DNA of 32,000 nt from assembly GCF_900199515.1 (NCBI RefSeq), contig NZ_LT963434.1, positions 573,272 to 605,271 on the forward strand, in the 5' to 3' direction. Made by a program: the position numbers and the translations under genes. The DNA is from Massilicoli timonensis. Lineage in GTDB: Bacteria; Bacillota_I; Bacilli_A; Erysipelotrichales; Erysipelotrichaceae. The notes under the pieces are model-generated. The model worked only from the letters and a program-made list of their open reading frames with translations. It did not search any database and was not told where the DNA came from. Shown here in pieces: positions 1 to 7,877 of this stretch. Positions within the stretch are counted from its first letter, which is position 1. Each line of letters opens with the position of its first letter.

Positions 1-60
1 CCCGACGGGAACAGCAGCTAATGCAAGCAGCGACAAGGCATCATTTACATTTTCGATCAT
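1..60 (-). CDS. 5' end of an unidentified protein-coding gene (partial, runs off the window)
   Basis: ATG at 60-58 sits 5 nt after GAGGTG. The reading frame is open to position 1 (MIENVNDALSLLALAAVPVG...). Too short to assign a function. Confidence 0.35.
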   Translation of the reverse strand, partial: MIENVNDALSLLALAAVPVG

Positions 61-77
61 ACGCTCACCTCGTGTGT

Positions 78-106
78 ATTCTATCATATTTTACCCATGC
101 TTTCAA
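78..106 (-). promoter_or_regulatory. Sigma-A-type promoter candidate for the partial gene at 1-60
   Basis: Minus strand reads TTGAAA, 17 nt, TAGAAT, with TG two nt upstream of the -10 (extended -10). It lies just upstream of the GAGGTG RBS. Confidence 0.4.
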
Positions 107-204
107 TTCTCAAACACTTTCCCTTCCTTCTCTCTATTTCCGTCATAGAATCGTTTCTGCCATACAATAGAAAACAAACTTTTGTTCAAGAAGATCACTA
201 TTTC

Positions 205-240
205 AAAAACAGCAGCGCAGTCCTTTTTGACTGCCGCCAC
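205..240 (-). terminator. Second hairpin plus T-run downstream of the dapF-like gene
   Basis: Minus strand has GCAGTC/GACTGC core pairing, extendable with one bulge, followed by TGTTTTTG. Confidence 0.35.
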
Positions 241-286
241 TACAAAAACGCTTCTTTTCTATCATCCATATTCCCATTGATCATAT

Positions 287-310
287 ATAAAAAAGGAAGG
301 TGTTCCTTCC
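287..310 (-). terminator. Rho-independent terminator of the dapF-like gene
   Basis: Minus strand reads GGAAGG-AACA-CCTTCC followed by TTTTTT, immediately after the stop at 314. Confidence 0.6.
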
Positions 311-313
311 CAT

Positions 314-982
314 CTACTTTCGCTCATTCCAGTTTCCGCTATATACCTCATGGACACAACTGCTCAAACAGATCGAATCATCATTCAGATATAATAGATT
401 ATAACCGCCTTTGCTGGTACCGATCGCCATATGAGAAAGCAGCTGATTGCGGACACCGTGGTAGAAAGCCGCGATCATGCCGGTCCCGCAGCTCAGTGTT
501 TCCCCTACGCCGAGCTCATATGTCGTCATTTCAAAATGCGTGTCATCCCGGTATTTCACCACATCGACATTGTCATCCTCACTTTGCGTATATGCTGATA
601 CAATGAGATGATTGACACCGCTGTTATAGCGATTTTCCTCCAGCACTTTTGGAATCGGTGCGTACAGCGTCGCAATATGATCGTTTAACGCCACTGTGTA
701 GGTCTGTCCTAAAATAGTAATCTCGATCTTTGACAGATGGCGTTTCGTACAGATGTGATGTGCGACACAGCGGATCCCGTTTCCACACATATTGGCAACA
801 CTGCCATCCGCATTATAATGAAGATAGCGGACCTGTTCCTCTTCCGCTACGCACAAGATCCCATCGGCACCGATCCCCTTATGGCGATCACACAGCATCG
901 TGATCTGTGATGGATGCATCTTATGCGATGATTCCAATAAAATAAAGTCATTGCCATTGACATGGTATTTCCAAAATTTCAC
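314..982 (-). CDS. dapF: Diaminopimelate epimerase-like protein (DapF fold), unusually short at 222 aa
   Basis: N-terminus is MKFWKYHVNGNDFILLE. Both catalytic-Cys motifs of the family are present (NMCGNGIRC and ETLSCGTG), plus DRHKGIGADG. GTG start lies 6 nt after GGAGG. Confidence 0.8.
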   Translation of the reverse strand: MKFWKYHVNGNDFILLESSHKMHPSQITMLCDRHKGIGADGILCVAEEEQVRYLHYNADGSVANMCGNGIRCVAHHICTKRHLSKIEITILGQTYTVALNDHIATLYAPIPKVLEENRYNSGVNHLIVSAYTQSEDDNVDVVKYRDDTHFEMTTYELGVGETLSCGTGMIAAFYHGVRNQLLSHMAIGTSKGGYNLLYLNDDSICLSSCVHEVYSGNWNERK

Positions 983-1043
983 AGTCCACCTCCTGTATAA
1001 CTATATGTACGCGTATCAGAATAATGTCAGGAGGTAAAATGAA

Positions 1044-1289
1044 ATGAAAAAATCAAAGACAAACAAAAAAGAACGCTTTGTGGCAGTACGACGCAATTCA
1101 GACGGTACCTTAAAGGAATTTAAGTCAAATTCCGGTAAAGTATATGATTATGAAATGGCGTTAGAAGCTGTAGAAGCGGGCAAGATCGAAAATGCCATTC
1201 CTTTTACCGGAAGAGACGGCGCTCGTCATATCCGCGGCATGAATGATGGAGATGAAAGTACCAATCTGACAAACTTAAAGGAATTCTAA
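1044..1289 (+). CDS. Small DUF3892-like protein (81 aa)
   Basis: AGGAGGT lies 8 nt before the ATG. The pattern FVAVRRNSDGTLKEF...EAVEAGKIENA...TNLTNLKEF resembles the DUF3892 family as I recall it. Confidence 0.6.
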   Translation: MKKSKTNKKERFVAVRRNSDGTLKEFKSNSGKVYDYEMALEAVEAGKIENAIPFTGRDGARHIRGMNDGDESTNLTNLKEF

Positions 1290-1299
1290 AAATTTCCAT

Positions 1300-1349
1300 A
1301 AAAAAAGTATAGGCGCCTGTCTTGGCAGCAGCCTGTACTTTTTATTTTT
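1300..1349. terminator. Bidirectional terminator between convergent genes
   Basis: AGTATAGGC ... GCCTGTACT stem (one G-U pair), flanked by an A-run on the 5' side and TTTTTATTTTT on the 3' side. Confidence 0.6.
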
Positions 1350-1926
1350 AGGAGATGATCTCTACTTCGACCTGCAGCGCACTTGGATAATCGATCAAAA
1401 CAATGTGATAAATCACACTGACCGCAATCAACAGACAAACAAAGCTGCCGATCATGAGCACGACGCCCATCATCTGCAACAGATGGATCGATGTCTGCAG
1501 CGTTACCATTTGCAATGCCTGCGCCGCAAATGCACCGAAGCCGATGAGCATGACACCCATGATGCCCAATATCCATAACAGACCTTTCCGACACCCTTTC
1601 AAGGGAGATGGGAATAATCCGATGATGAGCAAGGCCGCCAGAACGATCTCATAGAAGGTCGTTGAAAAAACAAGAATACTGAGAATCTTCCAAAAGGAGA
1701 GCGAGCCAAGTGATAGAAACTGCATGACCACCCTTGCCAGATACGCGTAGGACAGCACCTGATTAGACAATAAAGCAAATAATTCTTCTTGCCCCTTTAT
1801 GGAAAACAAAGCAAATCCCAACAGGATCTGTATAACGAGCAGCCAAATCATGCAGCCAAATAAAAGCAAATAGAAGAAACAGCTGCGTTTTTCCGCTGTA
1901 TCCACAAAACGATCTACTCGATACAT
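1348..1926 (-). CDS. Polytopic membrane protein, function unknown (192 aa)
   Basis: Long ORF with several hydrophobic segments. Its start overlaps the trmL stop by 13 nt. No recognisable motif. Confidence 0.55.
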   Translation of the reverse strand: MYRVDRFVDTAEKRSCFFYLLLFGCMIWLLVIQILLGFALFSIKGQEELFALLSNQVLSYAYLARVVMQFLSLGSLSFWKILSILVFSTTFYEIVLAALLIIGLFPSPLKGCRKGLLWILGIMGVMLIGFGAFAAQALQMVTLQTSIHLLQMMGVVLMIGSFVCLLIAVSVIYHIVLIDYPSALQVEVEIIS

Positions 1927-2429
1927 TCTAAAAAGTCCTCACCCTTGATCGTTTCATGTGCACAAAGGCCCGGATACCCTAACTGCCGCAGCACTTCATA
2001 CACGATGATCGCCGCACAGTTGGATAAATTCAAAGAGCGGGCATTCGGCACCATCGGCAGGCGCATGCAGTGATCCAAATGTTCTTTTAAGATATGCTTG
2101 TCCACACCGGTGCTCTCTTTGCCCAGGATCAGATAAATATCTCCCTCACAGGCACGAAAATCAAAATCCGAAGGCGCCTTTTTGCCGTAACGGGTCATAA
2201 AATAATAATTCTTGCTGGGATTTTCCGCAACAAACGCGTCCCAGTTGGGATAAATGGTATAATGCAGATCCTTGATATAGTCCATACCTGCTCTTCGCAC
2301 ATATTTTTCCTCCAAGGAAAAGCCCAGCGGTTCGATCAAATGCAGGTTTGCGCCGGCGGCCATGCAGGTGCGCATGATATTGCCGGTATTCTGTGGAATT
2401 TCCGGTTCATATAAAACAACGTGCAGCAT
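1914..2429 (-). CDS. trmL: tRNA (cytidine/uridine-2'-O)-methyltransferase TrmL (SpoU/TrmH family)
   Basis: MLHVVLYEPEIPQNTGNIMRTCMAAGANLHLIEPLGF is the typical TrmL N-terminus. The start is placed at the internal ATG 2429, 7 nt after AAGAGGGA, which removes the overlap with rdgB. Confidence 0.85.
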   Translation of the reverse strand: MLHVVLYEPEIPQNTGNIMRTCMAAGANLHLIEPLGFSLEEKYVRRAGMDYIKDLHYTIYPNWDAFVAENPSKNYYFMTRYGKKAPSDFDFRACEGDIYLILGKESTGVDKHILKEHLDHCMRLPMVPNARSLNLSNCAAIIVYEVLRQLGYPGLCAHETIKGEDFLECIE

Positions 2430-2433
2430 CTTG

Positions 2434-3021
2434 TTATCCCTCTTTTCGTAAATGCTCGATAAACTGCGCCAGCGCTCTGGCTCGATGGCTGACCGCATTT
2501 TTCTGTTCTTCGCTCACGTTGGCAAGGGTCGTTTGAAAGGGCGGATAATAGAAGATCGGATCATAGCCGAAACCTTTTTCACCGATGATCTGATGAGCGA
2601 CTTCCCCTTCAACGATACCTTCAAATACCGCTTCTTCTCCCTTTTCATTCACATAAGCGATCGCACAGATAAACTGACAGCCGCGATCATCGCTTTGATC
2701 TGCCTGTTCGATGATATAGCGGTTCTTCTCTTCATAAGGCGTATCTCTTCCCATAAAACGCGCTGAATACACCCCGGGCGCTCCACCCATACAGTTTACC
2801 GCCAAACCGGAATCATCGGCAATACAGGCGATATGCTTTGCCTCATAAACGCCTCTTGCTTTTAATAAGGCATTTTCCGCAAAGGTCGTACCGGTTTCTT
2901 CCACCTCCAGATCTTCTTCCAGATCAAGCAGGCTCAGCACCCGATAGCCAAACGGTTCCAGCATCGCCCGAAATTCTTCCACTTTATGTGCGTTCTTTGT
3001 TGCGATCATCAATTCTTTCAT
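2434..3021 (-). CDS. rdgB: dITP/XTP pyrophosphatase (RdgB/HAM1 family)
   Basis: MIATKNAHKVEEF...DSGL...GAPGVYSARF...GFGYDPIF motifs. The ATG at 3021 has better spacing from GGGAG than the ATG at 3027. Confidence 0.85.
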   Translation of the reverse strand: MKELMIATKNAHKVEEFRAMLEPFGYRVLSLLDLEEDLEVEETGTTFAENALLKARGVYEAKHIACIADDSGLAVNCMGGAPGVYSARFMGRDTPYEEKNRYIIEQADQSDDRGCQFICAIAYVNEKGEEAVFEGIVEGEVAHQIIGEKGFGYDPIFYYPPFQTTLANVSEEQKNAVSHRARALAQFIEHLRKEG

Positions 3022-3171
3022 ATACATGCTCCCATCTTTTCATGCTATTTATTTTAGCAGATTTTCCTGCTTATGAAAAGGCAAACTCCACTGTGTAGGG
3101 AAAGTGCAGCAGCATTTGCAGATTGCTTTTTCTTGTGTTATTCTATATAACTGTAAAAGAGGTGTGAAAAG

Positions 3172-3831
3172 ATGAAAGCCTGTCTATTTGATCTAGACAA
3201 TACATTGATCGATTCTATGCATGTATGGGAGGAAGCAGTGATCCGTTTATTTGATCAGTTATCCCTGACCATGGATCTAGAGGAAGCAAGAACATTATTC
3301 GGGAAGATGAAATTTTCCGAGGTGCTGCATGAGATCAAGACCCGTTTTGCATTATCGCAAAGTGAATCGCAGTTAAAGGATCTGGTCATCGCCGATGTGA
3401 AGGACCAGTATCTGCATCACATTCAGCCAAAGGAAGGCGCCGTCGCTTTTGTAAAAGCAGCCAAGGCAAGCGGATATCGACTTTGTGTCGTAACCTCTAA
3501 TGATGAGGAATTGACCCATCATGTCCTGAAACGCATCGGGATCTTAGATGATTTTGCCTTTGTCTTATCGGCGGAAAGCGCAAACTTAAGCAAACAGGAT
3601 CCCCTGATCTGGGAAACCGCGATCAAACGCCTGCATGTCGAGGCAAAAGACTGCGTCGTTTTTGAAGATTCTTTGCATGTGATGGAAAGCGCCAAGGCAC
3701 TCGGGTGCTATGTGATTTCCCTGGCCGAACCATGCAAAGAAGAAATCAGACGTTGTGCCGATGAATGTCATCGTGATTTTACCACGATCAAGCTGCCTGC
3801 TCTTACCAATGCACATGTGGAAAAAGGCTGA
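3172..3831 (+). CDS. HAD-superfamily hydrolase (subfamily IA, beta-phosphoglucomutase-like)
   Basis: Motif I is FDLDNTLIDS, motif II VVTSN, motif IV VFEDS. An RBS (AGAGGTG) lies upstream. Confidence 0.8.
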   Translation: MKACLFDLDNTLIDSMHVWEEAVIRLFDQLSLTMDLEEARTLFGKMKFSEVLHEIKTRFALSQSESQLKDLVIADVKDQYLHHIQPKEGAVAFVKAAKASGYRLCVVTSNDEELTHHVLKRIGILDDFAFVLSAESANLSKQDPLIWETAIKRLHVEAKDCVVFEDSLHVMESAKALGCYVISLAEPCKEEIRRCADECHRDFTTIKLPALTNAHVEKG

Positions 3832-3854
3832 TACTTTCCTGCTTTGCAAAAAGC

Positions 3855-3892
3855 AAAAAAAGCGTGTCCTGATGAAAGAACGCGCTTTTTTA
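3855..3892. terminator. Bidirectional terminator between HAD (+) and GNAT (-)
   Basis: AAAAAAAGCGTG ... CGCGCTTTTTT hairpin flanked by A- and T-runs. Confidence 0.55.
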
Positions 3893-4351
3893 TTGCATTA
3901 AAGCCATTACATAAATTTGACAGGGATTCCACTCATCCCAAAGCGTCGGGAACACCTCAAATTCTTTGAAGCCAAGGCTTATGTAAAATTTATTTGTATT
4001 GTCATATTCCTTATATCGTCCCATTTGAACAGTTTTTACCTGAATAAAAGAAAACCCGTCTTTGGCTGCTTTTTCTTTTGCCAGCACAAATAACTTTCGT
4101 CCTATCCCATGATGATGAAATTCTTTCAGCACGCCCATAACCGCCAATTCTACTGTATCTTTCCCGGTTTCCTTCAAGCAAAGGAAGCCGATTGGCGTTT
4201 CTTCCTCCATAGCAGCAAAAAACGGTTGCTCGGCACTGTCTTTTATATATTTTTCCCTTGCTTCCGGGAGTGCGAACCACTCAGGTAAAGCCTCTAATAT
4301 TTTGCGGGATATGATTTGTTTTTCATTAGGATCTTCAATTTGTATGACCAT
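3890..4351 (-). CDS. GNAT-family N-acetyltransferase (153 aa)
   Basis: Acetyl-CoA binding signature (HHHGIGRKLF) in a typical GNAT-size ORF. GGAGGA lies 6 nt before the ATG. Confidence 0.8.
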   Translation of the reverse strand: MVIQIEDPNEKQIISRKILEALPEWFALPEAREKYIKDSAEQPFFAAMEEETPIGFLCLKETGKDTVELAVMGVLKEFHHHGIGRKLFVLAKEKAAKDGFSFIQVKTVQMGRYKEYDNTNKFYISLGFKEFEVFPTLWDEWNPCQIYVMALMQ

Positions 4352-4565
4352 TTTTCATCCTCCTCAAATTTGTACGAAGCAGCAAAAACAGTCGCCCTCA
4401 CATCGTTTAATGCCATTACGGCGCAAAGCAGTGATAATCATAGTTATTTTGCGTGCCGCATCTGTAAAACAGGCCGTATGCGCAAGGGTTTCATAGACAT
4501 GCGCCCTTGACATAACGCAAAGCGAATACTATTTTTATAAATGCGATCAAGTAATGACTGCCTGA

Positions 4566-4610
4566 TCAAGCAAACAGGCTTTCATCTGGGAAAGCCTGCT
4601 TTTCTTCATT
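4566..4610. terminator. Hairpin terminator downstream of the HAD gene at 4618-5253
   Basis: CAGGCTTTC ... GAAAGCCTG 9-bp stem. It is T-rich on the plus side (CTTTTCTTC) and weaker on the minus side (TTTGCTTG). Confidence 0.45.
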
Positions 4611-4617
4611 TACCCTT

Positions 4618-5253
4618 TTACAGAAAAAGGGTTTCCAGCTCTTTGAAAGAATCGATTTTTGAAAGAAAACGTGATGCTTCGCCAAACCCATACGCCGCAT
4701 AAATAAAATCCAGTCCCGCAAGCTCACATGCCTGCAAATCTTTTTGCGTATCACCGATATAAACGCACTGCTTTGGTGTAAAACCATTGCGTTTCATGAT
4801 CAGCTTCAGATTTTCGCCTTTTTCCAATCTGGTCTTGCCATAAGTTTCAAAATCTTTGAAATACGGGCTTAGCCCATGTGCCGCAAACATCGCTTCCACA
4901 TAGCCATCCTGTGCATTGGTTACGATCATCAGCGTATATCGTCCAGATAAACGAGACAATCCTTCCACCACATCCGGATAAAGCGTGCCGCCATGCTGAG
5001 ATAGATATTCATTTTCATGATCCATACACTTTAATACCAGTTCCATGCGCTCCTCTTGATCTAACTGCGGGAAAAAGGCATCGGCAATTTCATCAATGGT
5101 CATGCCTTGTACGGCTTCGATCTGTTCTTGGGTCAAATACTGCTTCCATCCCTTTTCCTGTTCCAGTTTTTCATTATAAGCTGCACATACGCCTTTTGTG
5201 GCATCCCACAGCGTACCGTCCATATCAAATATCAGGCATTGTTTCTGTTCCAT
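4618..5253 (-). CDS. HAD-superfamily hydrolase (phosphoglycolate phosphatase-like)
   Basis: FDMDGTLWDA, IVTNA and YIGDTQKD motifs. AAGGAAGGA RBS upstream. Confidence 0.8.
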   Translation of the reverse strand: MEQKQCLIFDMDGTLWDATKGVCAAYNEKLEQEKGWKQYLTQEQIEAVQGMTIDEIADAFFPQLDQEERMELVLKCMDHENEYLSQHGGTLYPDVVEGLSRLSGRYTLMIVTNAQDGYVEAMFAAHGLSPYFKDFETYGKTRLEKGENLKLIMKRNGFTPKQCVYIGDTQKDLQACELAGLDFIYAAYGFGEASRFLSKIDSFKELETLFL

Positions 5254-5313
5254 ATGATTCCTTCCTTTCCAAATGCTTCATAAGTAAAAAAAGAGCTGTT
5301 CCTCTGCCGTTTT

Positions 5314-5553
5314 TTATGAAAAATAGAAAATCATGACGATTGCTACAACAAAAGCAAGCAGGATACTGCCTTTCATTTCACGATCGGATTGCTCTTGCCA
5401 AGCATAATAAGCATTCAATGCAAAATAGATGATCATAAGACCGCCGGCAACCAATAACTCGGCTTGTATCGGGCCAAAACGCATCAGGATCATCAGTGCA
5501 AGCACCATGATCAATATGGCGAAGATAAAACGTGTCCGCTCTTTCGTATTCAT
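5314..5553 (-). CDS. Small hydrophobic membrane protein (79 aa), function unknown
   Basis: ORF with apparently three hydrophobic segments. GGGAGGA RBS lies upstream of the ATG at 5553. Confidence 0.5.
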   Translation of the reverse strand: MNTKERTRFIFAILIMVLALMILMRFGPIQAELLVAGGLMIIYFALNAYYAWQEQSDREMKGSILLAFVVAIVMIFYFS

Positions 5554-5667
5554 AACGATCCTCCCTTAAACAGTTTTATTATAGCATGGGCAAAAAGAAA
5601 ATTCTACTCTTGGCAGGATGGTGTTGGAGCGGCGCTGATTTCATGTTAAAATGGGAACGGTGAGAAT

Positions 5668-6405
5668 ATGAAATGGAATGAGATCACAAGTATTGAACAA
5701 GCGCTGCACTTAAAGCAAACCCAGCCGGAAGCATTTGCGCAGATGTTAAAGGAAGCGGATCTGAGCTTTGATTATTTGGCGGGAAGCAGTCTGTATCTGT
5801 TTCAAAAGCGCGGAATGTTTCGCAATAATACAGATACGGCTATGCTGGGACAGTTTATGGAAATTCGTAAAGGAGAAACGGTACTAGACATCGGCACGAA
5901 TAACGGCGCCCTTTTGTTATATGCGTCTTTGCAGGGAGCAGGCAGCTGTATCGGGGTGGAAATACAGGAAGAAGCGTGTGAGCTGGCAGCGTTCAATCTG
6001 CAGCTGCATCAGATCGATGCGCGTATTCTTGCCGGCGATATTAAAGACGTAAGCGGCATCAAGGCCGATGTGATCGTTTCCAATCCACCATATTTCCCTG
6101 CTCCCGATGCACGGGTAAAACCGACGAGCCGTCAGATTGCCAGACATGAATTCTATTTAGATCTGGAAACACTGATTCAGTGCATCAGCGAGCTGATTGC
6201 GGAAAACGGACGCTGCTATATCGTGCATCGTGCGGATCGCATCTGTGATCTGGTCGCTTTATTGCAGCAGCACAGCATGGAGATCAAACGGATGCAGTTT
6301 GTATATGACGAAGCCAAGGCCGATGCCCGCAGCGTCATCATCGAAGCCAAGCGGCATGCCAAAAGCGGATGCAGAGTCGTTAAACCGATCATTTTAACAA
6401 GATAA
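5668..6405 (+). CDS. SAM-dependent N6-adenine methyltransferase, TrmN6/YfiC-like (tRNA m6A37)
   Basis: SAM motif VLDIGTNNG and catalytic VSNPPYF. The 245-aa length is like YfiC. Confidence 0.75.
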   Translation: MKWNEITSIEQALHLKQTQPEAFAQMLKEADLSFDYLAGSSLYLFQKRGMFRNNTDTAMLGQFMEIRKGETVLDIGTNNGALLLYASLQGAGSCIGVEIQEEACELAAFNLQLHQIDARILAGDIKDVSGIKADVIVSNPPYFPAPDARVKPTSRQIARHEFYLDLETLIQCISELIAENGRCYIVHRADRICDLVALLQQHSMEIKRMQFVYDEAKADARSVIIEAKRHAKSGCRVVKPIILTR

Positions 6406-6410
6406 AAAAC

Positions 6411-6475
6411 ATGCGTTTCACTCGTTTTTCAAAAGCAGGAAGCAATCGAAAGACGAATGAAACGCATTTTCATTT
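6411..6475. terminator. Hairpin between convergent genes
   Basis: ATGCGTTTCA (6411-6420) pairs with TGAAACGCAT (6458-6467) and is followed by TTTCATTT. The loop is large. Confidence 0.45.
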
Positions 6476-6511
6476 ATTTACCTATGAGCGTAGTGCGCAT
6501 ACCAAACGAAA

Positions 6512-7129
6512 CTAACGCTTTAATAAGCCGGAGACGCGTTTATAGGAAAGCGCTACGATGAGCGAACTGAGCGTCGCCTTCACAAAGTTGAATGGGGCGG
6601 TCATCAGCAGCACAAACATGAATAAGCTGTCAATATTTCCATTCAGCGCCGTACCTGCCGCAATCAGATCATCCATCGGCAGCGGCAGCATCGCGCTGTA
6701 CATCGGTAAGATGAAAAAATAATTGATCAAGGTACCGGCAATCGTCATGCACAGTGTACCGATTCCAAGCGCCAGCCAAGCATGCTGCTTATCTTTATGA
6801 CGCTGATAGTAAATCGCAGCCGGAATGACATAGGCGCATCCGACCAAGAAATTCGACAGTTCGCCGACCCCGGCTGTTACAGTGGAATTAACGAGCAGAT
6901 TCAGCAGGATCTTAATTGCTTCGATCATGACCGCCGCAAGTGGGCCAAGCGCAAAACCGCCGATCATGACGATCACTTCATCGAACCCTAGTTTATAAAA
7001 TGATACAAAGAAGGGAATCGGAACCTCGAACATCATCACTAGGAACGCAAATGCTCCTAACACTGCCACCTTGGCAATCATTTGGGCGCTTAAGAAAGGC
7101 GCCTTTTTTGTTGAAACGAACTCTGACAT
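6512..7129 (-). CDS. ribU: ECF-transporter S component, riboflavin-specific (RibU-like)
   Basis: Six-helix hydrophobic protein of about 205 aa, immediately downstream of an FMN riboswitch. GGAGGAG RBS upstream. Confidence 0.8.
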   Translation of the reverse strand: MSEFVSTKKAPFLSAQMIAKVAVLGAFAFLVMMFEVPIPFFVSFYKLGFDEVIVMIGGFALGPLAAVMIEAIKILLNLLVNSTVTAGVGELSNFLVGCAYVIPAAIYYQRHKDKQHAWLALGIGTLCMTIAGTLINYFFILPMYSAMLPLPMDDLIAAGTALNGNIDSLFMFVLLMTAPFNFVKATLSSLIVALSYKRVSGLLKR

Positions 7130-7159
7130 CTTTTCTCCTCCTCATCGTCAGTTCCTTTT

Positions 7160-7322
7160 TTCAAAAAGAAAAAAGGTCTTTCAACAAAACCTTTTGGGAC
7201 ACAAAAAAACTACTTCTTTCATCCAGACTATACTGTCGGTTTTGGAATTTCACCAAATCCTGCGCGTTTACGCTCGCGGACTTTACCGCCGATCGGGAAT
7301 TGCACCCTGCCCTGAAGTTTTG
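7160..7322 (-). promoter_or_regulatory. FMN riboswitch (RFN element) with terminator-type expression platform
   Basis: Minus strand reads CTTCAGGGCAGGGTGCAATTCCCGATCGGCGGTAAAGTCCGCGAGC...GGATTTGGTGAAATTCCAAAACCGACAGTATAGTCTGGATGAAAGAAG, matching the conserved RFN core. It is followed by the AAAAGGT...ACCTTTT hairpin and a T-run. Confidence 0.85.
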
Positions 7323-7330
7323 TCGCTGTC

Positions 7331-7359
7331 ATTATATGGCAAAAGAAGCAATCTGTCAA
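7331..7359 (-). promoter_or_regulatory. Sigma-A promoter of the FMN riboswitch-ribU unit
   Basis: Minus strand has a perfect TTGACA, 17 nt, TATAAT, a few nt upstream of the riboswitch P1. Confidence 0.65.
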
Positions 7360-7650
7360 TCAAAATGCGTATTTAGGTATCTTCACCGCTAATAAGAAGA
7401 TCAGTTTTTCGCAAGTACTGCAAGAAGCCTTCATTTCAAAACTTCGCTCCTGATGGCATTTCTCCTGCACGCGCACAGGTGCTTTATCATTGCGGCTCAT
7501 CCATTCGCAAGTTTATGACAGTTTTTCTACTTTCCTTATCATCTTTTATTTTCCCTTAAAGTAAAACTTTCCGTTTGCTTATCAATATCCATTATAAATG
7601 ATAACAAAATCAGTCATAATAATGGAATTTTTTCATAGCATAAACGAACA

Positions 7651-7677
7651 AAAAAACCGCCTATTTAAGCGGTATTG
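7651..7677 (-). terminator. Terminator downstream of tRNA-His
   Basis: Minus strand reads ACCGC-TTAAATAG-GCGGT followed by a T-run. The stem is short. Confidence 0.45.
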
Positions 7678-7684
7678 CTCAAAA

Positions 7685-7761
7685 TGGGGCGACCGATGGG
7701 AATCGAACCCACGAATGACGGAGCCACAATCCGTTGTGTTAACCACTTCACCACGGTCGCC
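7685..7761 (-). tRNA. tRNA-His: tRNA-His (anticodon GTG), CCA encoded
   Basis: A cloverleaf can be drawn by hand. Acceptor GCGACCG/CGGTCGC carries the extra G(-1):C73 pair diagnostic of tRNA-His. Anticodon arm is ACGGA-TTGTGGC-TCCGT, T arm is GTGGG-TTCGATT-CCCAT, and the 3' end is CCA. Confidence 0.95.
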
Positions 7762-7780
7762 ATTTATCAAATGCTTTGTA

Positions 7781-7809
7781 ATTATAGCGTATTCCCCTTT
7801 GTTTGTAAA
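7781..7809 (-). promoter_or_regulatory. Sigma-A promoter candidate for tRNA-His
   Basis: Minus strand reads TTTACA, 17 nt, TATAAT, about 20 nt upstream of the tRNA 5' end. Confidence 0.55.
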
Positions 7810-7877
7810 TACTTTTATTGAGTTTTTTTCATTTTATTGCTATAATCGTTAGTAGCGAAAAATAAGGGAGTGATAGC

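Noticed and set aside
97-606. A 169-aa plus-strand ORF
   Set aside because: It runs antisense through the dapF-like gene and across two terminator hairpins and a promoter. It has no RBS and its composition is not protein-like.
3172-5253. Clustering of HAD phosphatases (3172-3831, 4618-5253 and 13902-14759) as a possible pathway island
   Set aside because: They are on different strands with their own terminators and unrelated neighbours. Multiple stand-alone HAD genes are commonplace in Bacillota genomes.
7000-7392. 130-aa and 101-aa plus-strand ORFs
   Set aside because: They lie antisense to the ribU 5' end and to the FMN riboswitch, whose conserved core explains the sequence.
7598-7852. 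An 84-aa plus-strand ORF
   Set aside because: It reads straight through the tRNA-His gene on the opposite strand and has no RBS.
7651-7877. tRNA-His as an integration site for a mobile element
   Set aside because: No integrase, recombinase or phage-like ORF flanks the tRNA. The neighbours are ribU and degV with their own promoters. I did not see a duplicated tRNA 3' segment, though I could not search for one exhaustively by eye.
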